A stretch of DNA of 64,000 bases from Ectothiorhodospiraceae bacterium (GTDB taxonomy: Bacteria > Pseudomonadota > Gammaproteobacteria > GCA-002705445 > GCA-002716945): contig BOXR01000001.1 in the NCBI GenBank assembly GCA_019651095.1, positions 32,405 through 96,404 of the forward strand. Direction: 5' to 3'. Positions 34,531 to 49,300 of the stretch are shown here, one piece after another. The notes below the pieces were generated by a model, which saw only the letters and a program-made list of their open reading frames with translations, did not search any database and was not told the origin of the DNA. The position numbers were made by a program, and so were the translations under genes. Position 1 is the first letter of the stretch, and the number at the start of each line of letters is the position of its first letter.

Positions 34531-35388
34531 TCACAGCCAGTAGACAAACACAAACAATCCAAGCCAAACAACATCGACAAAATGCCAATACCAGGCAACG
34601 GCTTCAAATCCAAAATGATTCTCATTACTAAAATGTCCTCGAATACATCTGAATAAAATAACAGTCAACATTATTGCACCGAGTGTGACATGGAAACCAT
34701 GAAATCCGGTTAACATATAAAATGTCGAACCATAAATCCCTGATGACATTTTTAAATTAAGATCATTATAAGCATGAGAATATTCATAGGCTTGAAAACC
34801 TACAAATATAAAACCTAAAAGAACAGTCGCGATTAATCCTAGGATAAGCTGATTTCTTTTGCCCTCTTTGAGACCGTGGTGAGCCCATGTGACTGTCAAA
34901 CCACTAATGAGTAAAATAATTGTATTGAGCGCAGGTATACCTGCTGCTTTCATTACCACAAAATCACCACCATAATTGGCAGGACCATTGGAAGGCCACA
35001 CATTTTCGAACGAAGGCCATAACTCCTGATTGGTACTCACTCCAGAACCATCGCCTGCTAACCATGGCAATGATAGCTCTCTTGCATAGTAAAGGGCCCC
35101 AAAAAATGCTGCAAAAAACATAACCTCAGAGAAAATAAACCATGCCATACCCCACCTAAATGACATATCTACTTGATCATCATATAATCCACCTTCACTC
35201 TCCCTGACAACATAAGAAAACCAACCATATATAACTATCAACAATAGACCCAGACCTGTTAATGTAAGTGTGAGTGTGGACTCATCGTTCATATAATTGG
35301 CAAGGCCAATGAACATAATCATCAATGCTATAGTTGCTAAAAATGGCCACTTGGTCTCGTGAGGAACGTAATACGATGAGCCACTCAC
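34531..35388 (-). CDS. coxC: cytochrome c oxidase subunit III
   Basis: 285 aa, ...FYMLTGFHGFHVTLG...AVAWYWHFVDVVWLGLFVFVYW. Confidence 0.95.
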   Translation of the reverse strand: MSGSSYYVPHETKWPFLATIALMIMFIGLANYMNDESTLTLTLTGLGLLLIVIYGWFSYVVRESEGGLYDDQVDMSFRWGMAWFIFSEVMFFAAFFGALYYARELSLPWLAGDGSGVSTNQELWPSFENVWPSNGPANYGGDFVVMKAAGIPALNTIILLISGLTVTWAHHGLKEGKRNQLILGLIATVLLGFIFVGFQAYEYSHAYNDLNLKMSSGIYGSTFYMLTGFHGFHVTLGAIMLTVILFRCIRGHFSNENHFGFEAVAWYWHFVDVVWLGLFVFVYWL

Positions 35389-35921
35389 AATTTATCTGCC
35401 TCTACTACTTTATTAGTAATATCAAACATAGTGTACGAAAGCACTATATCACCTATATTGGTCGGAAGATCGTTATCTACTACAAATTGAATCCCTAAAT
35501 CTTTAACCTCACCAGAATCAATTGTTTGTTGATTGAAACAGAAACATTCTATTTTTTTAAAATATTCTGCAAACTTACCTGGGGTTACACTTGGGCTGGC
35601 CGTGGTATGAAGTTGTTTAGTTGAGTTATTCTTCATCACATAATGAGTGTTATAAGGTTTTCCAACCTGAACAACCATTTCTGTTACTGCAGGCTCAAAA
35701 TATAATGGTGCTGAATTTGCGACGTTTGAGATAAATTTAATTTTTATAAATCTATTTTCTTTTTCAATATCACTACCTGTGTATGCAACCTCATTTGTTT
35801 TACCATTCAAACCAGTTATTTCACAAAATGTATCGTAGATAGGCACTAGTGCGTAAGAAAAACCATACATCGCTACAACTACGAGTGAGAGTTTTGTAAT
35901 AGTTGATTTAACGCTTTTCAT
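35385..35921 (-). CDS. ctaG: cytochrome c oxidase assembly protein CtaG/Cox11
   Basis: YALVPIYDTFCEITGLNG and IECFCFNQQ motifs. Confidence 0.93.
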   Translation of the reverse strand: MKSVKSTITKLSLVVVAMYGFSYALVPIYDTFCEITGLNGKTNEVAYTGSDIEKENRFIKIKFISNVANSAPLYFEPAVTEMVVQVGKPYNTHYVMKNNSTKQLHTTASPSVTPGKFAEYFKKIECFCFNQQTIDSGEVKDLGIQFVVDNDLPTNIGDIVLSYTMFDITNKVVEADKL

Positions 35922-37498
35922 TAGTCAACCTTAGGTGGTGTATCAAATGAATGATATGGTGCTGGAGAAGGTAATGTCCACTCTAATCCCTCAGCGCCTT
36001 CCCAAGATTTATCAGCTGCTGTTACAGGCTGTCTAAGTGTTTGAAATAGTATGTACACGAAAAGAAGTTGTGATAATCCAAAGCCAAATGCACCAATAGA
36101 TGCAATCATATTGAAGTCTGTAAACTGAACAGCGTAATCAGGAATTCTTCTTGGCATACCAGCTAATCCAACGAAGTGCATAGGGAAAAAGGTAATGTTT
36201 ACAAATACTGTTGTCATCCAAAAATGAACTTTCCCGAGTGTTTCGTTATACATTTTCCCCGTCCATTTAGGAAGCCAGTAATATACTGCTGCTATAACAG
36301 CAAATATTGCACCAGGAACGAGAACGTAGTGGAAGTGTGCTACTACAAAGTATGTGTCGTGATACTGGAAATCCGCTGGAGTTATTGCAAGCATCAACCC
36401 AGAGAAGCCTCCAATAGTGAATAGAATAATGAAAGCTAGTGAGAATAACATGGGTGTCTCAAAAGTCATTGACCCTCTCCACATCGTTGCGACCCAGTTG
36501 AAAACCTTTACGCCTGTAGGTACAGCTATCAGCATCGTTGTGAACATAAAAAATATTTCACCGGCAAGTGGCATTCCCACTGTGAACATGTGGTGTGCCC
36601 AAACAATAAATGATAGTAAAGCGATTGAAGCAGTCGCATATACCATAGAGTCGTATCCAAATAGTTTTTTTCTAGAGAATGCAGGAATTATAGTCGATAT
36701 AATACCAAATGCAGGAAGTATTAAGATGTAAACTTCAGGATGACCAAAGAACCAGAATATATGCTGGAATAAAACAGGATCTCCACCACCGGCAGCTGTG
36801 AAGAAACTAGTTCCATAAAATCTATCGGTCAATAACATGGTAATTGCTCCAGCTAGTACTGGCATAGCAGCAATTAGAAGAAATGCGGTTATTAGCCAAG
36901 TCCAAACAAAGATTGGCATCTTCATGAGTGTCATGCCTGGTGCTCTCATATTCAGGATTGTGGCTATGACATTTATAGCACCGAGAATTGACGATGCCCC
37001 TAATAGATGAAGTGAAAATATTACAAATGGCATAGAATTTCCGCCCTGTAATGATAATGGGGGATATAATGTCCAACCTGCTGCTGGACCGCCACTTTCA
37101 AAAAATAAAGTACTTAGTAGCATAGTAAAAGCAAAAGGTAATATCCAAAAACTCCAGTTATTAAGTCTTGGAAGTGCCATGTCAGGAGCACCAATCATCA
37201 TAGGAAGTTGCCAATTAGCTAGCCCTACAAAAGCAGGCATAAGTGCACCAAAAATCATGATAAGAGCGTGCATTGTCGTCATTTGATTGAAAAAGCCTGG
37301 GACTACAAGCTGAAGACCTGGTTGAAATAATTCTGCACGAATAATTAGGGCCATAAATCCACCAATAAAAAACATAAGTAAACTGAACCATAGATATAGG
37401 GATCCTATGTCTTTATGATTTGTGGTCGTAATCCACCTCATCAAACCAGATGGCTGATGATGATGTTCCTCTTTGATGTGATCGATATTTGTACTCAT
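35921..37498 (-). CDS. coxA: cytochrome c oxidase subunit I (aa3 type)
   Basis: 525 aa, [32 protein letters not shown]. Confidence 0.97.
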   Translation of the reverse strand: MSTNIDHIKEEHHHQPSGLMRWITTTNHKDIGSLYLWFSLLMFFIGGFMALIIRAELFQPGLQLVVPGFFNQMTTMHALIMIFGALMPAFVGLANWQLPMMIGAPDMALPRLNNWSFWILPFAFTMLLSTLFFESGGPAAGWTLYPPLSLQGGNSMPFVIFSLHLLGASSILGAINVIATILNMRAPGMTLMKMPIFVWTWLITAFLLIAAMPVLAGAITMLLTDRFYGTSFFTAAGGGDPVLFQHIFWFFGHPEVYILILPAFGIISTIIPAFSRKKLFGYDSMVYATASIALLSFIVWAHHMFTVGMPLAGEIFFMFTTMLIAVPTGVKVFNWVATMWRGSMTFETPMLFSLAFIILFTIGGFSGLMLAITPADFQYHDTYFVVAHFHYVLVPGAIFAVIAAVYYWLPKWTGKMYNETLGKVHFWMTTVFVNITFFPMHFVGLAGMPRRIPDYAVQFTDFNMIASIGAFGFGLSQLLFVYILFQTLRQPVTAADKSWEGAEGLEWTLPSPAPYHSFDTPPKVD

Positions 37499-37508
37499 AT
37501 TAATTTCC

Positions 37509-38315
37509 TTATTCTGATTTGTCTGCTACTCGGTTCTTTTGGTTTAATGAAACCCATTTTACGTACTCTTGTTTAGGGACTGCACGAACAACTATTGGCA
37601 TGAATCCATGATCCTTACCACATAATTCCGTACACTGACCTCGGTAAACACCAGGCTTTTTAATATCTACCCATAATTCATTGATATATCCAGGGATAGC
37701 ATCTTTCTTTCCAGTGATTTCTGGAACCCACCAAGCATGAATCACATCACTTGCGGTCAACAGTATTCTGACTTTGGTGTCTGTTGGAAGAACAACTTCA
37801 TTATCAACATTAAGAAGATAGTTATCAACTTTTTTAACATCTATCTTAGAACCAAGTTGTCTCGCTTCATTACTTTTATTATCAAGCTTACTGAAAAATG
37901 AGACATTATCTTCAACATAATCATATTTCCACATCCATTGATAGCCAGTTACTTTGAGTGTTATCTCGGAGTCTCTTGTATCTTCCATCATTATAAGTGT
38001 TTTTGTGGCAGGTACAGCCATGCCAACTAAGATTACAAATGGTATTACTGTCCATATAACTTCGACTGTAGTGCTCTCATGAAACGAAGCTGGTTTAGCT
38101 CCTTTAGACTTTCTGTGATGAAATATTGAGTAGAACATTACCCCAAATACGATTACACCTATCACAACAGTAATATAAAAAATTAACATATGCAGATCAT
38201 ACGCAGCGTTAGCGGTAGGTGAGACGCCTCTTGGCATATTGACTTCCCAATCCGCGAAGCTTGAGATAGAAGCCAACGATGCGATTATTAATGCTGATAG
38301 TCTATTCATTTTCAC
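37509..38315 (-). CDS. coxB: cytochrome c oxidase subunit II
   Basis: CuA site HAWWVPE...[14 protein letters not shown], a signal peptide and two TM helices. There is no fused cytochrome c domain. Confidence 0.95.
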   Translation of the reverse strand: MKMNRLSALIIASLASISSFADWEVNMPRGVSPTANAAYDLHMLIFYITVVIGVIVFGVMFYSIFHHRKSKGAKPASFHESTTVEVIWTVIPFVILVGMAVPATKTLIMMEDTRDSEITLKVTGYQWMWKYDYVEDNVSFFSKLDNKSNEARQLGSKIDVKKVDNYLLNVDNEVVLPTDTKVRILLTASDVIHAWWVPEITGKKDAIPGYINELWVDIKKPGVYRGQCTELCGKDHGFMPIVVRAVPKQEYVKWVSLNQKNRVADKSE

Positions 38316-38404
38316 TCCCTAAAATATGGTTATTAGTCCTTTAATAACATCCTTTTCGAGTTCAATAATAGCAAAATATTAGTACTTATGGAATTTCTAA
38401 TTTA

Positions 38405-39208
38405 CTATTTTTTTATCTCTTTGATCTTTATCAATTTACCTGATTTATCAAGGGTTTTCGCGGGTTTGAGAGCATAGCCGAAAATTATATCATAAGTTAA
38501 TTCAAACGAACTTGATGCATCATTATACAAGCAAGATTTTATAATGTTGTATTCAGCTTTAGTAATATGTGCCCTGTTTGTGGAATCCGTGATATTAGTG
38601 CCTGTTAGACGAATTGAATCAAGCAGCTGGCTAAATGTAGAAAACTCAATAGTGATTTGCTCATTATCCACAACAGGATCTCTAAAGTCAGACTGAAGTA
38701 AGAAATCGCCATAGTGATGCATGTCTAAATATTCATTAAACCTAAGTTTTTCATAAATATCAGGAGGACATTTTTTAAATTCTTTGAATGTATCTGGTCC
38801 AGCAACTGAAAATAAGAGTAAACCATTAGGGGTAAGTAAATTTGAAAATTTATCAAATAAATTAGGATCAATGTTACACCAATGAAGCGTGAGGCTTGAT
38901 AAAAGCGTATCGAATGTTGAGAGCTGAAATGGCGGATTCTCAGCATTGCCTACAACGCATTTTGCATTATCGTTTTTGTTTTTATGAACAAGCGCCATCT
39001 CATATGATAAATCCATAGAGATGATATTTACATGTGGGTGTTTTTGTTGGAGATCCTGAGATAAATACCCTGTTCCTGAACCGATTTCTAAAACATTTAA
39101 CTTATCATGCTTAATTAAATCTAGCCTACTAAGTAACCTGTTATTTACCTCCTTTTGTATAAATGAATGCTTGTCGTACGAACTAGCTTTTTTTGAAAAT
39201 GGATTCAT
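38405..39208 (-). CDS. bioC: malonyl-[ACP] O-methyltransferase
   Basis: SSYDKHSFIQKEV...VLEIGSGTGYLSQ...SSLTLHWC...LLTPNGLLLFSVAGPDTFKE is the BioC pattern. Confidence 0.85.
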   Translation of the reverse strand: MNPFSKKASSYDKHSFIQKEVNNRLLSRLDLIKHDKLNVLEIGSGTGYLSQDLQQKHPHVNIISMDLSYEMALVHKNKNDNAKCVVGNAENPPFQLSTFDTLLSSLTLHWCNIDPNLFDKFSNLLTPNGLLLFSVAGPDTFKEFKKCPPDIYEKLRFNEYLDMHHYGDFLLQSDFRDPVVDNEQITIEFSTFSQLLDSIRLTGTNITDSTNRAHITKAEYNIIKSCLYNDASSSFELTYDIIFGYALKPAKTLDKSGKLIKIKEIKK

Positions 39209-39216
39209 GATTTTTA

Positions 39217-39910
39217 TTATAATAGTTCAATAGTCTCACAGATCTCTTTGAAGTCAAAAAAAGGGTAATGTGGTGAATTTTTTAAAGTCACTATTTTCAT
39301 CTTATGATGTTTGAGTGTATTCTATAATCCTGGTATCACAAACTTCATCACTGTCCGACAACAAGATCACAAGATTTTCTCTAAAATTAACTTTAAATTT
39401 TGATAAATCAAAGTTAGTCATCTCATCAAGCTCTGCAATCAAGGAATCTTTTTTGGGAATATAGTTACTGTAAAATAAATTTTTAAGTTTTATAAAGTTT
39501 TTCTTAGCGAGGTTGTTTCCTTTCACGCACTCAAATATAAATTTCTTGACAGTATTATCAAAATCTTCGACCAGATTATCTCTAAGTATAGTTATCGTAC
39601 TGGTTTTTGGTTTTAAAAAAGGATTAATAAGTATAATTGTAGCATCACACTTATTTAGTTCACTAGACAAAAGTATTCTAGCAGCAGTATATGAATAAGC
39701 TATTATCATATCATCCTTTTTTGAAGACCCGAGGATAGAATCAATGACTTTGCGACCGTGTTCATTAGTACTTGATTTGTGATATCCAGGGAGAGACACC
39801 AGTTCACTAGAGGAGATATTTGGAATACGCCCCTGAATGTTTTTCCAAATATATGAGCCAAACAACCATCCATGAATAAATATTATTTTATTTAAATTCT
39901 GAATTAACAT
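39217..39910 (-). CDS. alpha/beta-hydrolase, probable pimeloyl-[ACP] methyl ester esterase (BioH-like, divergent), frame change near 39300
   Basis: IIFIHGW oxyanion region, an atypical elbow IIAYSYTAA, SDSDEV, and after the shift KMKIVTLKNSPHYPFF (catalytic His region). It is followed immediately by bioC. Confidence 0.6.
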
Positions 39911-39952
39911 TACAAATTAGAATAATACAAAACACTAGTGTATGCTTTATAA

Positions 39953-40519
39953 ATGGGGTCTGATTCTGATATTTATTTTATTTTTTTACTTTTTTATGTA
40001 ATCGGCTCACTACCTTTCGCATTGATCGTTCATAACTTATTATCTACAAATGATCCAAGAGAATTAGGATCAAAAAATCCTGGTGCGACAAATATGTATA
40101 GAGTTGCTGGACCTCTTGCTGGGGTATTGACGTTCACGGGTGATTTTCTAAAGGTTTTATTCCTATATATATGTTAGTGGACTTGAACCTACAATTTATA
40201 TCTTGCAGCATTCTTCATTCTCGCAGGACATATGTTTTCCATTTTCAATCGATTCAGCGGAGGCAAAGGTGTTGCCACCTCTTTTGGCTTCCTTTTAGCT
40301 ATAAATTTAAAACTAGGATTGATCGTGATGTTAATGTGGGTTTTAGTTTTCGCATTAAAGAGAATTTCAGGTTTATCAGCAATTATAAGTTTTATATTAT
40401 TGCCATTTATTGCTCTTTTTATCATTGATAATGGCGAATTTTTAATGTTATCAATATTACACACTTTAATAATACTTATTAATCACAGAAATAATATAAA
40501 AGAGCTCTTACAGAGTTAA
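39953..40519 (+). CDS. plsY: glycerol-3-phosphate acyltransferase PlsY, two frame changes (about 40150 and 40200)
   Basis: GSLPFALIV...GSKNPGATNMYRVAG...GDFLKG | FIPIYML... | LAAFFILAGHMFSIFNRFSGGKGVATSFG. Confidence 0.9.
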
Positions 40520-41497
40520 AGAAGGATTTGGCTTTATCTTGAAATTTTTTTCAATATCAGATGAGCGAGATTTTAGGAAACCTGCATATGCAATCATTGC
40601 TCCATTATCAGTACTAAACTTTACATCTGGAAAAAAAACATCGTAGTTGCTTACTTGAGAGAATTTATCTCTTAGTCTTTTATTAGCACTGACTCCACCA
40701 GTAACCACAATATTTTTTATTCCATGATCTTGTGAAGCTTTTAGAGATTTGCTTATCAATGTCTCAACAATAGAATCTTGTAACTCAAAAGAAATATTAT
40801 TGATGCTCTCATCGGTTAGTTCAATTTTTTGTAGTTTATTTATTACGTGCGTTTTGAGTCCACTGAAACTGAAATTATAGTCATTACTATTTATCATCGG
40901 CCTAGGAAAAGAAAATTTATTGTCTATAGCATCTTCTGAACGCCTAGCAATTTCTGGTCCACCTGGGTATCCTAAACCAAGTTTTCTAGCAATTTTATCA
41001 AAGCACTCTCCTGCAGAATCATCTAGCGTAGTGCCTAAAGTTTTAATTTGAAAGTCTTCATCTACAATTGATAAAAGTGTGTGACCACCTGACACGAGTA
41101 ATGAAATGAAAGGCGGAGCGAGATTCTTCTCTGTAATCATAGGAGAGTATATATGAGCTTCTAAATGATTCACCTCAATTGTTGGAATACTTCTAGACCA
41201 CCCCAAAGCCTTTGCAAGCGACGCTCCTGCTAAAAGCGGGCCGAGAAGCCCAGGGCCATTAGTAAATGCAATCATTCCAATATCGCTAATCTTTGTATTT
41301 GCTTTATTAAGCAAGAAATCAAGTAGTGGTATAAATTTTTTAACATGATCTCTGGAGGCCAATTCAGGGACTATGCCGCCATATTTAGCATGTATTTGAT
41401 GTTGAGAGCTCGTGACGTGAGCAATTATTTGCCCAGATGAATCAACAATAGCTAAACCTGTGTCATCACAAGATGATTCTATTCCCAAGATATTCAT
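40508..41497 (-). CDS. tsaD: tRNA N6-adenosine threonylcarbamoyltransferase
   Basis: MNILGIESSCDDTGLAIVD...VSGGHT...GVSANKRLR. The likely start is the internal ATG at 41497 (the track ORF extends to 41533). It is divergent from rpsU as in E. coli. Confidence 0.93.
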   Translation of the reverse strand: MNILGIESSCDDTGLAIVDSSGQIIAHVTSSQHQIHAKYGGIVPELASRDHVKKFIPLLDFLLNKANTKISDIGMIAFTNGPGLLGPLLAGASLAKALGWSRSIPTIEVNHLEAHIYSPMITEKNLAPPFISLLVSGGHTLLSIVDEDFQIKTLGTTLDDSAGECFDKIARKLGLGYPGGPEIARRSEDAIDNKFSFPRPMINSNDYNFSFSGLKTHVINKLQKIELTDESINNISFELQDSIVETLISKSLKASQDHGIKNIVVTGGVSANKRLRDKFSQVSNYDVFFPDVKFSTDNGAMIAYAGFLKSRSSDIEKNFKIKPNPSLTL

Positions 41498-41575
41498 CGG
41501 TGTATTATAAGTTAAAACTTGCTTTATAGACAATATCGAGTAATATATCGCAATATTTAATTATTAAGGATATAT

Positions 41576-41800
41576 ATGCCAAGTGTACAAGTAAGAGAGA
41601 ATGAGCCTTTTGAAATTGCATTGAGACGATTCAAAAGAGGCTGTGAAAAAGCAGGTATCTTAACTGAAACACGTCGTAGAGAATTTTATGAGAAACCAAC
41701 TGCCATGCGAAAAAGAAAAATTGCAGCTGCAACTAAAAGATGTAAAAGAAAAGTCAGTATGGATACACTCAGAAAAAAACCCCCTTATAAAAAATTCTAG
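41576..41800 (+). CDS. rpsU: 30S ribosomal protein S21
   Basis: [42 protein letters not shown]. Confidence 0.96.
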   Translation: MPSVQVRENEPFEIALRRFKRGCEKAGILTETRRREFYEKPTAMRKRKIAAATKRCKRKVSMDTLRKKPPYKKF

Positions 41801-41803
41801 TTA

Positions 41804-42259
41804 ATGATGGCAAAATCCGCTATCAAAGATAGTATCCAGCAAGATCAAATAAATTTTCTTAAAGAAGGTAAAAAAGAAGATTCCTCAATTTTGAGATTCG
41901 CATTGTCATTTATCAACAAAGAGGAAAAGGATAAGCAAATTGAATTATCTGATTCTGAAGTAGTTGCAGTTATTAAATCTCTTATCAAAAGAAATAAAGA
42001 TTCTTACGACCAATTTACATCTGCTAATAGACCAGAATTAGCAGAAAAAGAAAAAAAAGAAATGGACTTGCTTCAGAGTTACCTCCCTGAAGTTATGAAT
42101 GAAAATGAAACTGAAGAAATTGTAAAGTCAACTATAGATAAGCTAGGAATTAGCTCAATGAAAGAAATGGGTAAGGCAATGGGAGAAATTAAAAAAAACC
42201 ATGCTGACACTATTGATTTATCGCTCGTTAGTCAGTTAATAAAAAAACATTTAAGTTAA
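41804..42259 (+). CDS. GatB/YqeY domain protein
   Basis: 151 aa, ...LRFALSFINKEEKDK...VIKSLIKRNKDSYDQF...GKAMGEIKK, the typical YqeY pattern downstream of rpsU. Confidence 0.8.
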   Translation: MMAKSAIKDSIQQDQINFLKEGKKEDSSILRFALSFINKEEKDKQIELSDSEVVAVIKSLIKRNKDSYDQFTSANRPELAEKEKKEMDLLQSYLPEVMNENETEEIVKSTIDKLGISSMKEMGKAMGEIKKNHADTIDLSLVSQLIKKHLS

Positions 42260-42288
42260 TATTCGTTCATATCGCTAAATAGAGATAA

Positions 42289-44746
<2,458 letters not shown>

Positions 44747-44750
<4 letters not shown>

Positions 44751-45265
44751 TAAATCAGATCTATTTAATCGGTCCTATGGGTTCTGGGAAATCTACAATG
44801 GGACGACTATTGGCGAAGAAATTAGGTTTACCTTATTTTGATCTCGATAAGCTAATTGAAGACCAAGAGAAGATGTCTATTAGCGATATTTTTCAAAAAC
44901 ACAATGAGAAATATTTTAGAGACTTAGAGTCAATTACCCTAAAGCAATACTCAGAAGAAAGTAACTTCGTTATTTCGACCGGTGGTGGTTGTGTTTTAAG
45001 AGATCAAAATCTAAATATTTTAAGAAAAGGTCTTGTTATATACTTAAAGATATCAATAGAAACTCAATTCGAGAGAGTAAAAAACCGAACGCATAGACCT
45101 TTATTGAATAACGTCACAAAAGATACCCTTGTACAACTAGATAAAGAGAGGGGTTCCGTCTATTCAGGTATTTCTAATATCGAAGTTGATGTTTCAAATT
45201 TAGATAAAGAAGATGTATTATCCACTATTATCAGAAGATTAGAGAGTTACAGTGAGAAAAATTAA
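44747..45265 (+). CDS. aroK: shikimate kinase
   Basis: IYLIGPMGSGKSTMGRLLA...ISTGGG. Confidence 0.93.
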
Positions 45266-46328
45266 CCTTCAACTAAATAATATCAAAATTCCTATCCTAG
45301 TTGGATCGAATATATTGAAAACAATAAATCCTGAGAATTATGTTAAGAGGAATGATGTTGTAATAATAACAAACTCAACCATTGCAAAGTTATACCTCAA
45401 ACAGACTAAACGTATGTTCAAAGATTACAATGTGGATAGTTTGATATTACGGGATGGTGAAAAATATAAAAATATAAAAACATTACAACAAATACACGAC
45501 TATCTGATAAAGAATAAATATGATAGATCGCTTACAATAGTTGCGCTTGGTGGAGGTGTAATTGGAGACATGGTCGCGTTTGCTGCAGATACATTTATGA
45601 GAGGTGTTCAATTAATCCATATTCCAACTACTTTACTTGCTCAAGTTGACTCGTCTATTGGAGGTAAGTGTGGCATAAATCATCCTCTAGGCAAAAATAT
45701 GATTGGATCGTTCAAGCATCCAAGTGTAATTTTAATGGATAGTGCAATCCTGAAAACTCTCCCAAAAAGAGAGTTTATGGCTGGAATGGCAGAAGTGATA
45801 AAATATGGTTTGATAAAAAATAAGAGTTTTTTTAAATTCATAGATAATAATTATTCTAAAATTATTCAACAAAATACTGATTGCCTTTTAAGAACTATTT
45901 TTACATGTGCATCTATCAAAGCTCAAGTTGTGAAGGAAGATGAGCTTGAGAGTGGAATAAGAGCGATACTAAACTTTGGTCATACTTTTGGACATGCTAT
46001 TGAAGCCTCCAAGAATTATAAAGGGATCCTCCATGGTGAAGCTATCAGTGTGGGAATGAACATTGCATCAGCTATTTCTGCTGATCAAGGATATTTAACT
46101 CATGATGAATATTGCAACATTGAAGATATGCTTCTAAATATGCAAATGCCAACTATGATCCCAAAAAAAATAACATCAGCATCTATAATGAAACACATTG
46201 GGCATGACAAGAAAAAAATATCTGGTAGAAATAGATTTATCTTATTGGATAAAATTGGAAATGCTTTTATAAACGACAAGTTAGACAATAAATACCTAAA
46301 AGAGATATCTAAAAACTTCATCAGATAA
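45252..46328 (+). CDS. aroB: 3-dehydroquinate synthase
   Basis: VALGGGVIGDMVAFAA...IPTTLLAQVDSSIGGK...NFGHTFGHAIE. Confidence 0.94.
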   Translation: MRKINLQLNNIKIPILVGSNILKTINPENYVKRNDVVIITNSTIAKLYLKQTKRMFKDYNVDSLILRDGEKYKNIKTLQQIHDYLIKNKYDRSLTIVALGGGVIGDMVAFAADTFMRGVQLIHIPTTLLAQVDSSIGGKCGINHPLGKNMIGSFKHPSVILMDSAILKTLPKREFMAGMAEVIKYGLIKNKSFFKFIDNNYSKIIQQNTDCLLRTIFTCASIKAQVVKEDELESGIRAILNFGHTFGHAIEASKNYKGILHGEAISVGMNIASAISADQGYLTHDEYCNIEDMLLNMQMPTMIPKKITSASIMKHIGHDKKKISGRNRFILLDKIGNAFINDKLDNKYLKEISKNFIR

Positions 46329-46364
46329 TTCTTTAATTAATATTTGTGATAAAATGTTAATACT

Positions 46365-49300
46365 ATGAAGAACGGACATAAATCAAAAAATTCATTGTAT
46401 TCACCTACTTTCGAAAGGGATAATTGTGGTTTTGGTCTAATAGCTAATATGGATGATAAGCCATCTAGCTGGGTCATAAATACAAGTATCGAAGCATTAA
46501 ACAGATTAAAACACAGAGGGGCAGTGTCTGATGATGGCAAATCCAGCGATGGATGTGGCCTACTGATCAAAAAACCTGATGATTTTTTTAATCACTGTGC
46601 ACAAGAATTAGGCATCAAACTAAGCAACAATTATGCTTTCGGTACAGTGTTCCTACCTAAGAACAAATCAAAGCATAAAAAAATTAAAGAAACATTCTTT
46701 TTTCAAATTAAGAAATCAGGACTAAATGTACTGGGATGGAGACATGTACCGATAGATAAAAGTGTTTGTGGCAAAGATGCGCTTGCAAGCCTCCCAGACA
46801 TACAACAGATAATAATAACAGGCAGTGATGCTCTTCATGAAAATGAATTTGAAAAAAAATTATATGTTGCCAGACTTCATATAGAAAAAATACTTAATGA
46901 GCCTGATTTATACATATGCAGTATGTCCTCGAAAGTAATTTCATATAAAGGATTAATTGTCTCTGAAAATATACAAAAGTTTTATCCAGATCTAACTCAC
47001 AGAGAAATGAAAACATCTTTATGTGTCTTTCATCAAAGATTCTCTACTAACACACTCCCACAGTGGAAACTTGCTCAGCCATTTAGACACCTAGCACATA
47101 ATGGAGAAATTAATACTATTCAAGGAAATAGGCACTGGTATATGGCCAGGAGGAGCAAACTGGATATATCAGACTTGCCTGAACTGAAAAAGCTACATCC
47201 AGTTGTATCAATGGAGGACTCCGATTCTTACTCATTAGACAATATGTTGGAATATCTATTAGCTGGTGATATGGGAATCTTCAGAGCAATGAGAACACTT
47301 ATTCCTCCTGCTTGGCAAAATAATAATCAAATTGATACTAAACTTAAAGCATGTTTTGAATATCATTCGATGCATATGGAACCGTGGGACGGACCAGCGG
47401 GTATCGTTTTAACCGATGGAAGATACGCTGCTTGTGCTCTTGATAGAAATGGTTTGAGACCAGCAAGATATGTTATTTCAAAAGATAGACATATTACACT
47501 CGCATCCGAAGTTGGTGTTTATGATTACGATGATTCTGAAATCATAGAAAAAGGAAGGCTAGCCCCAGGAGATATGCTGGCTGTTGATACTCTCAATGGC
47601 GAAGTACTGCTATCTGATGACATTAACAAAATCCTAAAAGATAGACATCCGTATGATGAATGGCTAAATAAGAACTCTATAAATCTTACGAGTTATGATG
47701 AAAATGAGGAGCTACCCCTCTCGTTTAACTCTTCAGATTTAACCACGTACAAAAAGTTTTATGGCGTTACACTGGAAGAAGAAAAAGATGTGATACTACC
47801 TCTTGCAAATCTTGCGCTAGAAGCGACTGGTTCTATGGGTGATGATACACCAATGCCTGTTCTATCAAAACAATCAAGATCTTTATATGATTATTTTAGA
47901 CAACAGTTTGCCCAGGTAACTAACCCTCCTATTGACTCGCTTAGAGAAACCAGCGTGATGTCATTAGAAACTTGTTTGGGAGTTGAGAGAAACCTTTTTG
48001 AAGAATCTTCACTTCATGCAGGAAGATTAGTACTTAGCTCTCCTGTTTTATCCAAACAAGTCTTTGATAGACTCACTAATTCAAAAGAGAAAGGTTTCCA
48101 AAGTGATAAATTGAGTCTCCACTATGATTCAAATATAGATTTAGAGGAGGCTATTAATACAATTTGTGATAGAGCAGTTAGAACAGTTAAGAAGGGAGCT
48201 GTCCTTATAGTACTGTCTGATATCGGTTTAAATGACAATCAAATGACAATTCCTGCTGTTATGGCTGTAGGAGCAGTACATCATAGACTAATTTCAGAAG
48301 GATTAAGGTGTGACTGCAATATCATAGTTGAAACAGCCTCTACCTGGAACTCACATCATTTTGCTGTGTTACTAGGATATGGGGCATCAGCAATTTATCC
48401 TTATCTGGCTCTAGAGATAATTAACAATATGATTATGCGTAACAATCAAGATGAGAAAATATATGCTCAGCACGTTAATAATTTCATCAAGGGAATTAAT
48501 AAAGGGTTATTAAAAATAATGTCTAAGATGGGTATTTCATGTATATCTAGTTACAGGGGTGCTCAGCTATTTGAAATAATTGGGTTAAATTCCAATGTGA
48601 TTGATTTATGTTTTAGAAATAATATATCTAGAATTGAAGGTGCGGGCTTTGATGATATTGAGAGTGATTTAAGAATTAATAAAGAATATTCAACGAAAGT
48701 ATCTGACGGCATCGGTAAGGGCGGCTTACTCAAGTTCACTGCGGATGGCGAATATCATGATTATAATCCTGATGTCGTAAAAGCATTACAAGAATGTGTA
48801 ACTACTGGTGACTATGAGGATTATAAAAAGTTCTCTAAGTTAGTAAATTCAAGAGATCCTAGTTTTCTAAGAGATTTATTTAATCTTAAAAAGAAAAAGG
48901 CGATACCTCTATCTCAGGTTGAGTCATCTAAAAGTATACTCAAGAGATTTGATACAGCTGGGATGTCTCTGGGCGCTCTGTCTCCAGAAGCGCATGAAGC
49001 TCTTGCAATTGCGATGAATGCAATCGGGGGAAGATCTAATTCTGGTGAAGGCGGGGAAGATATCAAGAGATATAATTCGCCTAAAACATCAAAGATTAAA
49101 CAAGTTGCCTCGGGGAGATTTGGTGTGACACCACATTATCTTGTGAATGCCGATGTAATACAGATTAAAATAGCTCAAGGTGCAAAACCTGGGAAGGAGG
49201 TCAGCTGCCTGGAGATAAAGTTGATCAGTATATTGCCAAACTTAGATACTCAGTCCCTGGAGTTACTCTAATATCACCACCTCCGCACCATGATATATAT

